A DNA stretch of 64,000 nt from Eledone cirrhosa (lineage: Eukaryota). This document shows positions 42,317 to 57,896 of the stretch, one piece after another. The stretch is taken from contig OZ024759.1 in the NCBI GenBank assembly GCA_964016885.1, positions 24,304,001 to 24,368,000 of the forward strand, written 5' to 3'. The notes under the pieces are model-generated. The model saw only the letters and a list, made by a program, of their open reading frames with translations. It did not search any database and was not told where the DNA came from. The translations under genes and the position numbers were made by a program. Every line of letters begins with the position of its first letter. Position 1 is the stretch's first letter.

Positions 42317-42522
42317 AAAGGTAATCAGAAATAACAACACAATCGGTACAGTATATGGCAGGTATATATTAGGTTAACGCTTGATATAGGACGAAGAGGG
42401 TCTTAACGTTTCGAAGAATAACATTAAGAAAGATCTTTCTTAATGTTATTCTTATACTGAATATATATATATATATATGAGATATATAAGTGGAACTGTG
42501 TTATGAATGCGATAATTTATTG

Positions 42523-42640
42523 AGGCATGTGGCTTAGTGGTTAAGGTGTTTGACCCATGATCATAAGTTGGTGGGTTCGATTTCTGGACTGGCTGGTACT
42601 TCTGTTTTTGATCAAATGATCAATTTTACATTTCTTTCAA
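42523..42640 (+). mobile_element. Second tRNA-derived SINE family, head region (related copy 52322-52600)
   Basis: A-box tggcttagtggtt and B-box ggttcgatttc. Confidence 0.65.
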
Positions 42641-42654
42641 TATACGACCGAGAG

Positions 42655-42995
42655 GACTATCATTAAAACGCATGAGAAAGCTCGTGAGAGGCCAGATAAA
42701 CCAACATAGGTGTAAACTGAGACCACAACATTCATATGTGTATGATAAGATTAAGGCCCCTATCATGTAAACGCTCGAGTAACCTAAAGGGAGACCAGCT
42801 CAACATACATCAGTGTGAGCTATGACAATAACATACATATGTGTATGATAGAACACAGGTCTCTATCGTTAGAACACCCGAGAAGCCTCATGGGAGGCCA
42901 GCTTAGCATACATCGATGTGAGCTGTGACAATAACATACATATGTGTATGTGTAGGATAAGACTGTGCTCACTATCATTCAAACATTTAAGAAAC
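42655..42995. repeat. Diverged ~103-bp minisatellite, ~3 copies
   Basis: catatgtgtatg at ~42733, 42836, 42939 with shared ctatc...gccag...gtgagct context. Confidence 0.75.
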
Positions 42996-43354
42996 TTGCC
43001 CTGAAATGCAACCTCCTGGGAAGCCATCTAAACTGGCAAAAGTATGAGCTGTAAATTTGTGTTAATCTTTTATTTTAATTAGGAATGGAGTTCTAATACA
43101 ACCCTGTTAATTCTCTAGTTTTACTATATTGTTCTAGAAAGTTTATTATTACCGTAGTTGATATAATTTAGTCCACCAACAATTGAACTGATATTATCGA
43201 TTTCAGAATGAAAACAATTATTTTAAAAAAGGAAAGTGACAATGAACCTAGCGAGTGTTTGAATTGGTTTTAAGATTTTGTATTCATAAAATATATGCGT
43301 GTGAGTGTACACTTATTATAAATACATGTTATATAAACACACATACACACACAG

Positions 43355-43433
<79 letters not shown>

Positions 43434-43613
43434 TACAGGAGTTGGGGGTCGTATATATTTCTAGAAATGCCGTCGGGGTTATACATTTTCCTATTACCAA
43501 CTCTGCTATCCTAAGTATTGAGTATTCTGGTGCGTTATGGGTTATGGTCCATCTGGTTCTTTACCACACTTCCTTCGTTATATATATATATATATATATA
43601 GGTGGTGTGCGCC

Positions 43614-43646
<33 letters not shown>

Positions 43647-43653
<7 letters not shown>

Positions 43654-43920
43654 ATACTTGGGGAGGGTCATATTGTTGTAATAGTATTGCCAGAATTAAT
43701 AACAGAACACACTCACTGTTTGGTTGCTTTTCGCTTCTGTATCTTTTATATCTGTATTTTTGACCGTTGGTCAGTCAATGGTAAATATTGAGGACCGAAT
43801 AAATTAAATTAACCGATATAAAAGATACAGAAGCGAAAAGCAGCCAAACAGTGAGTGTGTTCTGTTATTAATTCTGGCAATATTATTACAACAATATGAC
43901 CCTCCCCAAGTATAACAATA
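43647..43920. repeat. Inverted repeat, 106-bp arms with 62-bp spacer, between (TA)n tracts
   Basis: 43647-43752 is the reverse complement of 43815-43920 with few mismatches. Confidence 0.93.
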
Positions 43921-43962
43921 TTTGTTTCGACACACGATTTCATATTAAAAACCTCGCAAAAC

Positions 43963-44064
<102 letters not shown>

Positions 44065-44101
44065 AATACACACATATACATATATATATATAAATACACA
44101 C

Positions 44102-44160
<59 letters not shown>

Positions 44161-44186
44161 CACACACATACATACATATATATATA

Positions 44187-44223
<37 letters not shown>

Positions 44224-44228
44224 GATAG

Positions 44229-44299
<71 letters not shown>

Positions 44300-44779
44300 G
44301 TCTGTATAGTGAATCGCTCTCCCTTGAGAGCAATAAAATACAAAATGGATGAAAATGTACGACGCAAAACACGTCAAAGTGGTAAATGTGCGACATATCA
44401 TATGTGCCATTGCCGAAACTAACAAGAGATAGGTAGAGATACAGAGAGAGGGTGTGTGGGCGAGAGAGAGAATGGGGCGCAAGAGAGAGAGTAAAGACGA
44501 GGGGGCCCTAGAGAGATTTGGAGCAGTATTTATGAGATGACAGGGTACGTAGGGTGCCTTATGCAGTCATCGGGATACTGTTCAGATCTAAAGTGTCGTT
44601 GGTACGAAAGTTCGTTGTAATGAATTGCATCTGTTTGTTAAAAAGGAGGGACCGGATCGTTAGGAGGAGAAATGGAAGAAGAGAGAGGAAATGACACACT
44701 TACAAGTATACACACTCACTTGCATACACACACATGGATAAACATACGCACACACTCACACACAGGGACATGCACATAT

Positions 44780-46120
<1,341 letters not shown>

Positions 46121-46476
46121 ACCCGTAGAGCAAATATTTATTATAAGAACAGATTATATATGTATATCTCTGTCACACACTCACACATATTATATATATA
46201 TATATAGGTGTGTGCGTGTGTGTGTGTGTATGTGTGTGTGTATAAAGACTAAAGATTACCAGGGATTTATATTAAATCTTCTAATTGGTTTACGACCGTT
46301 TCGTTTCGTTAGCCAACAGGAATATTCCATATTTCCAGATAGATAAACAAGACAAACATAGAGGTACAATAATACTAAGGAGACAAGTCGACAAGGAAAT
46401 ATACAGAAGAACAATAAAATACAACGATGATATATATCAGTTTGATTATTGAAGTTTAATATAGTAGAAAAGAGTT

Positions 46477-46510
46477 CTTAAATTTTCGGACCTTAATCCT
46501 TCATCGGAAG
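46477..46510 (-). ncRNA. Minimal hammerhead motif with variant core (CCGAUGA)
   Basis: Reverse complement: ctt CCGATGA a gga ttaagg tcc GAAA at TT aag. Confidence 0.55.
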
Positions 46511-46967
46511 GATAACATGAGAAAGAGAAGAAAAAATAGGAATATATAAATATATATATATATATATATTTTTTTTTTCACGGGGAAAACACATAGGTAT
46601 TAGCTATTCCGAGGGGAAAGGTGACAGTAACTTCTAAGTTTCTGCAAATACTTTCTCTGGAAACAATGAAAAGAAGCATTCGCCGAAACTGCGATGTCAC
46701 TACTAAATTTTTCTTCAGAAAATAAATCTTGCACAGCGCTTAAAGTATTGAGTGCTCACTCAGTTTATGCACACATGTACATAAAACAATCGTCTCAATG
46801 TATGTGTGCATATATGTATAAATATTTATATATGTATATATATATATATATGCATATATTTATTTATGTATATATCTATATGGATATATATGTATATATT
46901 TATATATTTATATCTATCTATCTACCTATCTACCTATATATATATTATATATCTTTCTATCAATCTT

Positions 46968-47022
<55 letters not shown>

Positions 47023-47212
47023 ATGTGTGTGTGTGTGTGTGTGTGTATGTGTGTGTGTGTGTGTGTGTATATATGGTGAGAATGGGAAGTGATGTTTGGG
47101 GGTAGACGAGAACTATGTTTCTAGGATTGTCACGTTTGTCCCCCTCCCCTCTCTCTCTTGTAATTGATATTGGCGATGTCTGCTTAAAGCGACAAGCCCA
47201 ACTCGGAGCGTA

Positions 47213-47282
<70 letters not shown>

Positions 47283-47305
47283 TCTATCTCTCTCTCTCTC
47301 TCTCT

Positions 47306-47375
<70 letters not shown>

Positions 47376-47682
47376 GTGTTCGCTGTGACAAATTGAGCCC
47401 CCCATCCAACGAACGACACTTGTAGAAACTAAATCAGGATCCGTTTTGCCATTTTCTTTTCTGTCTGTCTGTTTCCTCCAGGCATTAACCTGCGGCCATA
47501 CATACATACATGACATAACTCACACACACACACACACACACACACGCATATATGTATATATATATATATATATATATGTTTATATGTATGTATGTATGTG
47601 GATGTATGTATGTATGTATTATGTATATGTGTATATATATGTACATATATAGATGTATATATATATATGTATATATATATGT

Positions 47683-47738
<56 letters not shown>

Positions 47739-47851
47739 ATGTGTGTGCGCGCGCGCGCGTGTTTGTGTATGTGTACATATATGTTTATGTCTTTGTGTGA
47801 ATGCAGCGAATTCATTCATAAATCCTGCCTTTTTTATTTTTTCTTCTGCCA

Positions 47852-47893
<42 letters not shown>

Positions 47894-48457
47894 CTGCCAG
47901 CCCCCAACACTCTAACCCCAGCCGGCAATCGATGGCAAAAGTCGGTTGAAATGTGTGCTACCTGTGTGACTTGCATACAAGATTAACGGGCGGTGTGGAG
48001 TGTGTAGCTAGCTTTACATCTAGAGGGGTTTCTATCCTTGTTAACTTATTTACTTTGTTTGGGCATTTTGGACATTCAAATGAGGTCACATGACATTAAT
48101 TACAAAACCAAACCACTGCGCTTGCTTCCCGTCGGATGTCTAGATGTATTTAGTTTTAGTATATATATATATATATATATATATAAAGAAAGAGAGAGAG
48201 GGAGAGAGAGAGAGAGAGAGAGAGATGTCTAGATGTATTTAGTTTTAGTATATATATATATATATATATAAAGAGAGAGAGAGAGGGGGAGATGTCTAGG
48301 TTGGGTGGTAAATTGACAGACACATTAACATTCATTTAAAACATACGTATATATATATTCATGTATGTATGCATGTATGTGTATATGTATATATGTATAT
48401 ATATATATATCCCTCTCTATATCTATGTGTTTCTATATACAAACAGAAATGTATATG

Positions 48458-48509
<52 letters not shown>

Positions 48510-48806
48510 TGTATATATGTGTGTGTGTGCGTGTATTAATTATATATATATAGGAACGAGTAGGATCCCGACGGCTGAGCTCAAGCTGTTTCGACGGCTA
48601 ATTCTGGACGCGTTAATTTGGTGCGTTATGGTCCATCTGGTTCCTTACCACATTTCCTTCGTTATATATATATAGAAGTTGTATTTAATTTGTTGGAAGT
48701 CCGACAAACATAAATGATTATAACTGATTTAGAGCACTCAACAGTTTACTGGAGTAAATATTCCATGATATTAAATAAATGGAAACTATATTTATAAAAC
48801 CATATT

Positions 48807-48871
48807 TATTTTATTATATATATTTCAAGGGCAACCAAGACACCATTGGTGCGCTTTCATCAGATAAAATA
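48807..48871 (-). ncRNA. Type I hammerhead motif in family V element (~48675-48890)
   Basis: Reverse complement: tattttat CTGATGA aag...ctt GAAA tatata TA ataaaata (8-bp stem I); family also at 56141-56597 and 63266-63373. Confidence 0.78.
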
Positions 48872-48992
48872 CAAAGTTTGTTTTATAAATAGAGACGTAC
48901 CCATGAAAATCATACCTTATCCAGTGAATTTCCAACCGAAGGGGTCCAGAACCCAATGAAACTTAAGTATCTGTTTAGTTCACTGTTGCAAT

Positions 48993-49136
<144 letters not shown>

Positions 49137-49276
49137 GGTTTGTTGGTTCACCACCGGATAGAATTGGTCATTCCGTATGGTCAATCTTGATGCAATATTA
49201 TGAAGAGTACTCAACGTAGTGCAGTTCACCCGTCTTCGTTTCTGTAGTTGGTGGTGCTAATACGGAGTTAATTATA

Positions 49277-49693
49277 ATGAATAAAATAACAGGAGGCTGG
49301 ACTGGTGTAAATCCTTGAAATGTCTATTATACTATGATCATTTCAATGAACGGGTTCCGTATGAATCCGGTGATATCATCAGGTATTCGAAATATAACAA
49401 AGGAATATATAAAAAACAATGGGTCCGAAAATCAGTGACAGAGAGGTCAACTGACCAACTAGCAGTTTTAACCTCGGTCTTGAGGGCGACTGACCGAGGT
49501 GAAAACTGCTAGTTGGTCATCGTCTTCTCTGTCACTAATTTTCGGACCCATAGTTTTTTATATATTGCTTTGTTATATTTCGAATACCTGATGATATCAC
49601 CGGATTCATACGGAACCCAGCCATTGAAATGATCATAGTATAATAAACTTTTCAAGGATTTACACCAGTCCTGCCTCCTGTTATTTTATTCAT
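49277..49693. mobile_element. 417-bp palindrome with mirrored hammerhead motifs (49329-49386 minus; 49584-49641 plus)
   Basis: atac CTGATGA ... GAAA tgatca TA gtat, then AATAAA; 12-nt central spacer at 49480-49491. Confidence 0.85.
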
Positions 49694-50305
49694 AATATAT
49701 ATATATAAACAAAGTTAAACACCAAGTATACATCACACAATACTTCAAAAACAAAGACCATAGGTACATTGTGAATTCGCTACAACCCAAACTAATAAAA
49801 ATTTAATAAAAAAAAAAAAAAATAATAATAATAATAGCAACAACTGCAACAGCAACGACAACAACAACAACAGCAAGAACTGTAACAAACAAAATAAAAT
49901 CTAATTTCTTCTGTGTAGGTTTTTTTTTTTTCTGTGTTTCCTGGTACAGAGTATTGTTCTGTTTTTGTTTCTTCGCTGTAAATAAATGGTTATTGGGTAA
50001 TCAAGTCCCCCGAGACCCGGGTAATGTTGGCGGTGCGGTGCTCCTTGTAGAGCGCTTTATTTATGTTCCCCTAGGCCAGAGGGGCCATTAATCTGTCTAT
50101 GTATTGGTGAATTTGGTGTATTGGTGAATTATGTACATCGGATTTAGTGCGCAGTGTTTAGTTGTTTAGAAAGAGGTCTGTTGTCTTTGAGGTCATGTGC
50201 GCAAGTATGTGTATTGTGTGTTTCGATTCTGCTTTATATATATATATTCGTGAGGAAATAATATTATAATATATATACATATATACATATATATACATAT
50301 ATATA

Positions 50306-50492
50306 TAGGAACAAGTAAGACCCCGACGGCTGAGCTCAAGCCGTTTCGACGGCTAATTCTGTACAGAATTAGCGGCTAATTGAGTACAGAATTAGCCGTC
50401 GAAACGGCTTGAGCTCAGCCGTCGGGGTCTTACTTGTTCCTATTACCCACTCTACTACCCTAAGTATTGTTCCTTACCACATTTCCTTCGTT
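50306..50492. mobile_element. Family Y palindrome
   Basis: ataggaacaagtaagaccccgacggctgagctcaagccgtttcgacggctaattctg and its reverse complement. Confidence 0.88.
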
Positions 50493-50499
50493 TTATATA

Positions 50500-50538
<39 letters not shown>

Positions 50539-50705
50539 GGGATAACAAGTTATCGTTATAGGTGATCCACTTAGAGGTAGTTCGGTTAGAATACTCCGTG
50601 TTGTGAATGGTTTTAACGTGCGGCTTAGTTTGACTCAACAAGATGCTTCCATAGTGATGCAGCTAGTTCGCTGTAGTTTCTATGCAGGTTATACTTGGAG
50701 TAATA

Positions 50706-50933
50706 ATAGTTAAAGAAAGAAGAGTAACAGGGTTGGCTGTACAATAAGGGCTTTATTCAAATTGCTGACAATTCCACTTGCTCTGATGTCTTGACTGGTT
50801 GTAAACAACGTTTTGGAGATCGATTGACACAGCATCAAGCGATTAGCGAACTCTAGACGCAACAGATCAACGAAACAATTGTTAATTTGAATAAAGCCCT
50901 ATTGTACAGCCAACCATGTTACTCTTCTTTCTT

Positions 50934-50940
<7 letters not shown>
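50706..50940. repeat. Inverted repeat (~57-bp arms, 120-bp spacer) with HHR 3' half GAAA-caattg-TT
   Basis: 50706-50763 vs 50884-50940. Confidence 0.85.
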
Positions 50941-51006
<66 letters not shown>

Positions 51007-51053
51007 CAAAAGAGTCAGGACCCCAACGGCTGAGCTTCGGCCGTTTCGACAGC

Positions 51054-51115
<62 letters not shown>

Positions 51116-51295
51116 AAATAAGAGGTTAGCATAAGGTTTCCCTGCTAGATCCCGTTAAGCGTTAAAGCACCGATTCTTTGCTTAAAGTTTAATCTCTTAT
51201 TTTAATAAATATTTGCTCTAGGGTTTTTATATATTTGATATATATTTATCCTTTTCAAGTCCTCTTTGAAGTTTTGTCTTCACGTTTATTATTAT

Positions 51296-51334
<39 letters not shown>

Positions 51335-51350
51335 TGCATGCGTATGCGTA

Positions 51351-51384
<34 letters not shown>

Positions 51385-51604
51385 CGTACATTTTTATGTA
51401 TATATACATGTGTTTATATATATTCAAGTATATATATAAATGTGTGTGTGTGTGTGCGCGCGCGTGCATGCATTAAGATTACTATAACAGGAATGGATTA
51501 TTCCAGTTATTTTAATGAAACGATCGTCAATTAAATGATTTGATCTAAATCACTGTTAATCCTTTTATATACATATATATTTCATGTATATATATATATA
51601 TGTA

Positions 51605-51660
<56 letters not shown>

Positions 51661-51795
51661 TACATATATGCACACAGATCTATGTAAAGATAGATAGATA
51701 GACTCGCAAGTGGTATTACGAATAATTTAAAATAAAAAGTTCCCAATATATCGAGTGGAGACAATATTTAGTGTGTATATATATATATATATATG

Positions 51796-51845
<50 letters not shown>

Positions 51846-51880
51846 CATGTGTGTATATACATATGTATATATACACACAC

Positions 51881-52062
51881 TGGATTGGCAGTATCGGTAG
51901 AGGGTCGGACGCCATGCTTTCCAGCATAGTTACGTCCCTTTACGATCTGAGTTCAAATCCCGCCGAGGTTGATTTTGCCTTTCATCCTTACGGGCTCGAT
52001 AAAATAAAGTACCAGTAATGAACTGGGTAATTGCTGGCCTTGTGCCTAAAAAGTAGAAACAA
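51881..52062 (+). mobile_element. tRNA-derived SINE
   Basis: Full consensus match. Confidence 0.9.
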
Positions 52063-53699
52063 ATATTTATCTTCTTGAAATTGACGTTGTCTACTTTGTT
52101 TTTACTTGAAGACTCTCGTTGGTGCGGCAGTCGACAATTAGTATATTAATATTTCTTGAAATGCTAATGGATTTAATTTTACTGTTCAGTGTCTCGATAT
52201 GGTGTCTTGTATATTGGTTGGCCTTCTTTCTTTATGCCCGGAACATTAATCAGGTTCTATTTTGCAATGCACCGTTGTGATTCACTTCTTCCATTAATAT
52301 TGGGAGTGTAAATATAGATTTGAAGGCGAGTGGCTTAGTCGTTAGGGCGTTTGGTTCACAATCATCCGATTGTGAGTTTGACTCCCGGACCGGGCGTTGC
52401 GTTGTGACCTTGAAGAAGACAACTTATTTCATTCAGCTGGAAAATAAATTAGTTGCAAAGCCACTGTTGAAAAGCATATCGAACTCTGCCCTTTCCTTCC
52501 CACAGGGAGGGGAGACTGGCGCCAAAAATGCCTTGCCTAGGCTTGTGCTTCTCGGGAGAGCTTTCTAGGAAAAAAGTCCATGGCTATTTGTAACCGTGTG
52601 GTGTCTTTACTCTTTATCCTTTATAGTGATTGATGATTGAATGTACGTTGTAGAATTGCCCAGACAGACCTGGCTGGATAAGGATGTTTTATTCCTTATA
52701 TCTTCATATTAGATGGTGAGTCTATGATTGAGAAAATGACTTTTGCATTTTGTCGTCGCTCATACAAATATATATAAAAATTTAGTAGAAATAGAAGCTT
52801 TCGTCGTATTTTTGATTAAAGAAATTTAAGCCTAAAAATGTGATTTAAAACCCTCTCACCCTTATCCATTTTTAGAGAGTTTTAAACCCCACTATCAGGC
52901 TAAAATTTCTTAAGTCAAAAATACGGCGAAAGCTTCTATTTCTGCTAAATTTCAAAATTCGCTCGCTGTTTTCTTTTTCTCCTTGTCCTACTTGCTTAAG
53001 ATTTTGAATTCGCTTCATAGACATTTCCTCTAAATAAGAATTGTCTATAATGAAACTCTTCTCTTGTCCTGCGGTTACATTCGTCATTTTGAATGCTGTT
53101 CTGAATGGCTCTTCGAAATTTACTCCTTGTTATGCTACTGACATTTGTTGTACAGTTGTAACTGACATTGGCGAAGTCATTCTGCTGGAATTCACTTCTC
53201 GACAGACATTGCTCAAAAACCGTATAAGGACCCAATAGTTTAAAGAAACGATTTACTCGTCAAATTTACAGTGCTACCCCTTCTTACAGCAGTGAATTAG
53301 TCCGACATTGTGACGCGATTAAAATTACTTACGGCTAGATGGACTGACCCATTTGTGAGTTAAGTGTCTGGGACACGCACAAAGTGCAGTGGAAGTAACG
53401 TGATACACACTACCAACTTGCCCACGCTTTTAGTACACACACACATATATGTATATATAAATATATATGTGTGTGTGTATCTGTGTGTGCGTGTTTGTGT
53501 TTTACACAAATAATTCGGTTACTGCGGGCAATGCGTGTGGCAAAATCAACGTAGCATTCGGAACTGAAATATTCTTAATATATAAATCAATACACAGGAA
53601 ATTATCGATTGTTGTATAGACAGCACTCTCATATTGCTGGTTGTTACCTCACACCATGCATCATTAGTTTAACAATAAATTAACTTCTTTTTCTCCCAC

Positions 53700-53850
53700 T
53701 TATTTCTGAGAGGGTCGTGAGGAAGAGTCCTCAAACACTCCCCCTAGCGGGTCCTGTCAGAAGCAACCATCTCCAACTGATCCGGCGGGATCCCCAAGCG
53801 TGAACAGTCAAGCTGATGGATATTATCCAACCATCTTGCTCGGGGTCTAT
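53700..53850 (-). mobile_element. RTE-type LINE 3' end
   Basis: Reverse complement encodes RPRARWLDNIHQLDCSRLGIPPDQLEMVASDR; same family as 60405-60720. Confidence 0.75.
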
Positions 53851-54121
53851 GAATTAATTTATATTAAAATTCTTCCAAAATTCTTTAATATTAATTGTAC
53901 TTTTCAGTCACCTGAACACATTTATTATGTAATTAGTTGGCTTATTTGTTGACACCCGCTGGTCCAGAGAGACTTTTAATCAGTTGGCACTTGACACACA
54001 GAATTTGAAATCCAAGGGGAGCAGTTTAAGTCAATGGGGGATTGGGGAGGAATCTACACTGGAGCAATATAGCCAACTATGATCCATAGTTCACAAAAAT
54101 GTTTTTAAAAAACTGTTGTTT

Positions 54122-54298
54122 CAGACTGAATCCTGTTATAACGAAATTCATGTGATAATAAAAATATCGTTGTAACGAAAAATTCTTTATAACGAGATCA
54201 ACCGAAGCAAATCGAGCGTTAGTTTGCTATTATTACCTCTGGGATTGAGAAAAGTTTCGTCATACTGAAAAATTCGTTATAACGGAATTTTACCTGTA
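54122..54298. mobile_element. Degenerate MITE with imperfect TIRs
   Basis: cagactgaatcctgttataacgaa ... ttcgttataacggaattttacctgta, with internal gttataacga-like subrepeats. Confidence 0.5.
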
Positions 54299-54362
54299 TA
54301 TATTTATGGAGGTGTGGAAAGCCAGGTCCTGATAATATGGTGCTCGAGTGAAAAATTACAAG

Positions 54363-54597
54363 ATAATTGTTTCTACATTTGGCACAAGGCCAGCAATTAT
54401 CCAGTACATTACTGGTACTTTATTTTATCGACCCCGTAAGGATGAAAGGCAAAGTTAACCTCGACGGGATTTGAACTCAGACCGTAAAGGGACATAACTA
54501 TGCTGGAAAGCTGGTACTTTATTTTATCGACATAATTGTTTCTACGTTAGGCACAAGGCCACCAATTACCCAGTGTATTACTTGTACTTTATCGACA
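54363..54597 (-). mobile_element. 5'-truncated SINE plus tandem partial 3' ends
   Basis: Consensus match. Confidence 0.85.
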
Positions 54598-54816
54598 TAA
54601 TGCTATATATTTATACTTGATTTTAAATACAGTGTATTTTACTATAATACATTAAAGGTCCTTTAGGTTGTTATCTATTCATTACTGGACAAGATATATG
54701 TTATGGAAAATTGCATAGCTGTTCATATGTCCAAATATATATATCATTTGTGTAATAATATACATTATTGTTTTAAAAGTTAATCCCTTATATACAATGC
54801 TATTACATTATATATT

Positions 54817-55016
54817 TAATTATAAATGTATATGTACTTAATTATTATTATATTGTGTTAAAGGTAGATCCCTAATATACATGTTATTAATTTAAATATT
54901 TAATTATATAATTATAAATGTATATGTACTTAATTATTATTATATTGTGTTAAAGGTAGATCCCTAATATACATGTTATTAATTTAAATATTTAATTATA
55001 TAATTATAAATGTATA
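54817..55016. repeat. 92-bp tandem duplication (~2.2 copies)
   Basis: tataaatgtatat at 54821, 54913, 55005. Confidence 0.9.
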
Positions 55017-55034
55017 TATAGTTTATTATTACAT

Positions 55035-55220
55035 CGGTGAATTGGCAGTATCGGTAGAGGGTTGGACGCCATGCTTTCTAGCATAGTTACGTCCCTTTAC
55101 AGTCTGAGTTCAAATCCCGCCGAGTTTAACTTTGCCTTTCATCCTTACGGGCTCGATAAAATAAAGAACCAGTAATGTACTGGTAATTGCTGGCCTTGTG
55201 CCTAAAGTAGAAACAATTAT
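55035..55220 (+). mobile_element. tRNA-derived SINE
   Basis: Consensus match. Confidence 0.9.
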
Positions 55221-55493
55221 TACTTATTACATTAAATGTCTCTACATATTAAATATCCCTTAGTGTATATAATATAATTAAGCTATAGTAGTTATATCAA
55301 AAGGTGGTAACTTAATGTTTAATTCTAACAGTTATATTATCTGTTGCATGTATTCCACTCTGTGATTTTATTTTGATTTTGAATCTTTGTACAATTCTCG
55401 TAAAATATATGTCACATCCATTCCACCCTGTAAATACGAAACTGTTGTTCACAACATCAATATATATGTATCTATATTATTGTTCAGTTGGGC

Positions 55494-55663
55494 AGTGGAT
55501 TGGCAGTATCGGTAGAGTGTTTTCCAGCATAGTTACGTCCCTTTACGATCTGAGTTCAAATCCCGCCGAGGTTGACTTTGCCTTTCATCCTTACGGAGGT
55601 CGATAAAATAAAGTACCAGTAATACACTGGAAATTTCTGGCCTTGTGCCTAAAGTAGAAACAA
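55494..55663 (+). mobile_element. tRNA-derived SINE with TSD attattgttcagttg
   Basis: Consensus match; 15-bp flanking duplication. Confidence 0.9.
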
Positions 55664-56016
55664 TTATTGTTCAGTTGAATAGGAGGTTAATTACATGTAC
55701 AAACATTGATAAAGCTCCGATGACTCCAAACGAGAGTTTGGAAGAAACGATTGTCAGCTATTAAATGATTTGAACACAACTTTGATAATTGTCTAATTTA
55801 TTTATATATTTTCCTGCTCTGTAAAGCAACTGATGTTCTTACATTGAGCTAGTTCTCTTACTGGTAATAAGGTAGTAAATTACTGACCTTTCCTGTTTAG
55901 AGTTGTTTATAGTATACACATAACTATAAATAGTATTATTATTATATATATATATATTTTACATACATATAAATGTGTGTTGATATGTGTATAGTGTATA
56001 TATATATGAATATATG

Positions 56017-56096
<80 letters not shown>

Positions 56097-56140
56097 TATA
56101 TACATATACATACATATATGTATATATATATATATATATA

Positions 56141-56509
56141 TACGATATTAAATAAATGGAAATTATATTTATAAAACCATATTTATTTCATTATATATAT
56201 TTCAGGGATATCATATTAACAATATGTTATGCCTTCTTCAGACAAAATACAATATAGACAGTCTTATAAATAAATAGATTCGACATACCTTTCAACATCG
56301 ACTTGCATTTGAAAAGTTGATTTGGCAAATCAACTTTTCAAATGGAAGTCGATGTTGAAAGGTATGTCGAATCTATTTATTTATAAGACTGTCTATATTG
56401 TATTTTGTCTGAAGAAGGCATAACATATTGTTAATATGATATCCCTGAAATATATATAATGAAATAAATATGGTTTTATAAATATAATTTCCATTTATTT
56501 AATATCGTA
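56141..56509. mobile_element. 369-bp near-perfect palindrome (1-nt spacer at 56325) with mirrored hammerheads (56184-56249 minus; 56401-56466 plus)
   Basis: tattttgt CTGAAGA agg...cct GAAA tatata TA atgaaata; right arm continues to ~56597. Confidence 0.9.
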
Positions 56510-56699
56510 AATATACTCCAAATACTTGTTGAGTGCTTTTATATCAGTTATAAATATTTACTCGTTGTAACCCAACAATTTAAATATAACTTTTCATGTA
56601 TATATATATATATATATGTGTGTGTATATATAGTATATATATATATATATATCTTCCATATACTGTACCGATTGTGTTATTTCTGTTTACCTTTTACAT

Positions 56700-56759
<60 letters not shown>

Positions 56760-57121
56760 CTGTGTGTATATATAAATATGTATATATATAAATATGTATA
56801 TATATAAATATGTATTTATATAAATATATATAAATTTATATATATACATACATACATACATACATCCATATGTATGTAAATTAATCCCCACACCTCACAG
56901 CCCCATCCCCCAAAAAAACAGAAACACAGTCAGTTCCTTGTTTGTTGTTCCTTGTTTGCTCCGCTGTGAACACCATTCTACTGGCTGGAGAGACCAGACA
57001 TCAGAGAGAATTCTGTTTCTCATGTCACGTACCGTTTCATCACCAGTATTAATTATATCTTATCAACTAAATTCACACTGGTGCTGGGTGAAGAGGGGTA
57101 TATCAGATTCACCTCACCCGC

Positions 57122-57195
57122 TCTTCTTCTTCTTCTTCTTCTTCTTCTTCTTCTTCTTCTTCTTCTTCTTCTTCTTCTTCTTCTTCTTCTTCTTC
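57122..57195. repeat. (CTT)n microsatellite
   Basis: Direct reading. Confidence 0.95.
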
Positions 57196-57313
57196 ATACG
57201 CCCCCCTCCCCGTACACCCCCGCTCCTTGTAGTTACGGCGGGTGTTATTGACACCTCATTACAATCTTTACTGATAGACAATAGCGTTTATACATCATAC
57301 TTCACACCATATC

Positions 57314-57377
<64 letters not shown>

Positions 57378-57566
57378 TATAGATAGATACGTGTGTGTGT
57401 GTGTATTTGTACACACACATAAACATATATCTTGTTTGTATATACAAATATATATGTATATATATGTATATATACATATGTATGTGTATAAATATATATA
57501 TGTATGAATATATATATGTGTTTGTATACATATATATATATATATATATACACGTATATATATATA

Positions 57567-57619
<53 letters not shown>

Positions 57620-57842
57620 TTATATATATATATATATATACATATATACATGTATATATATATGCATGTATATATAAATATATATGCATGTATATATATA
57701 TATATATACATGTATATATATACATGTATCTATCTATCTAAGGCGGGTAAAATTCCCGAGATCCATGGACGAGTTCTCTCCAGCGGTCTCTGTCCCTCAT
57801 TATCGCTGCCATGTCCTGCGTCTCCAACATGTATATATATAT

Positions 57843-57882
<40 letters not shown>

Positions 57883-57896
57883 ATATATATATATAT

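Noticed and set aside
52872-53238. Possible DNA transposase (hAT-like) remnant or host exon
   Set aside because: Only a vague xEKSF similarity; no TIRs or splice evidence
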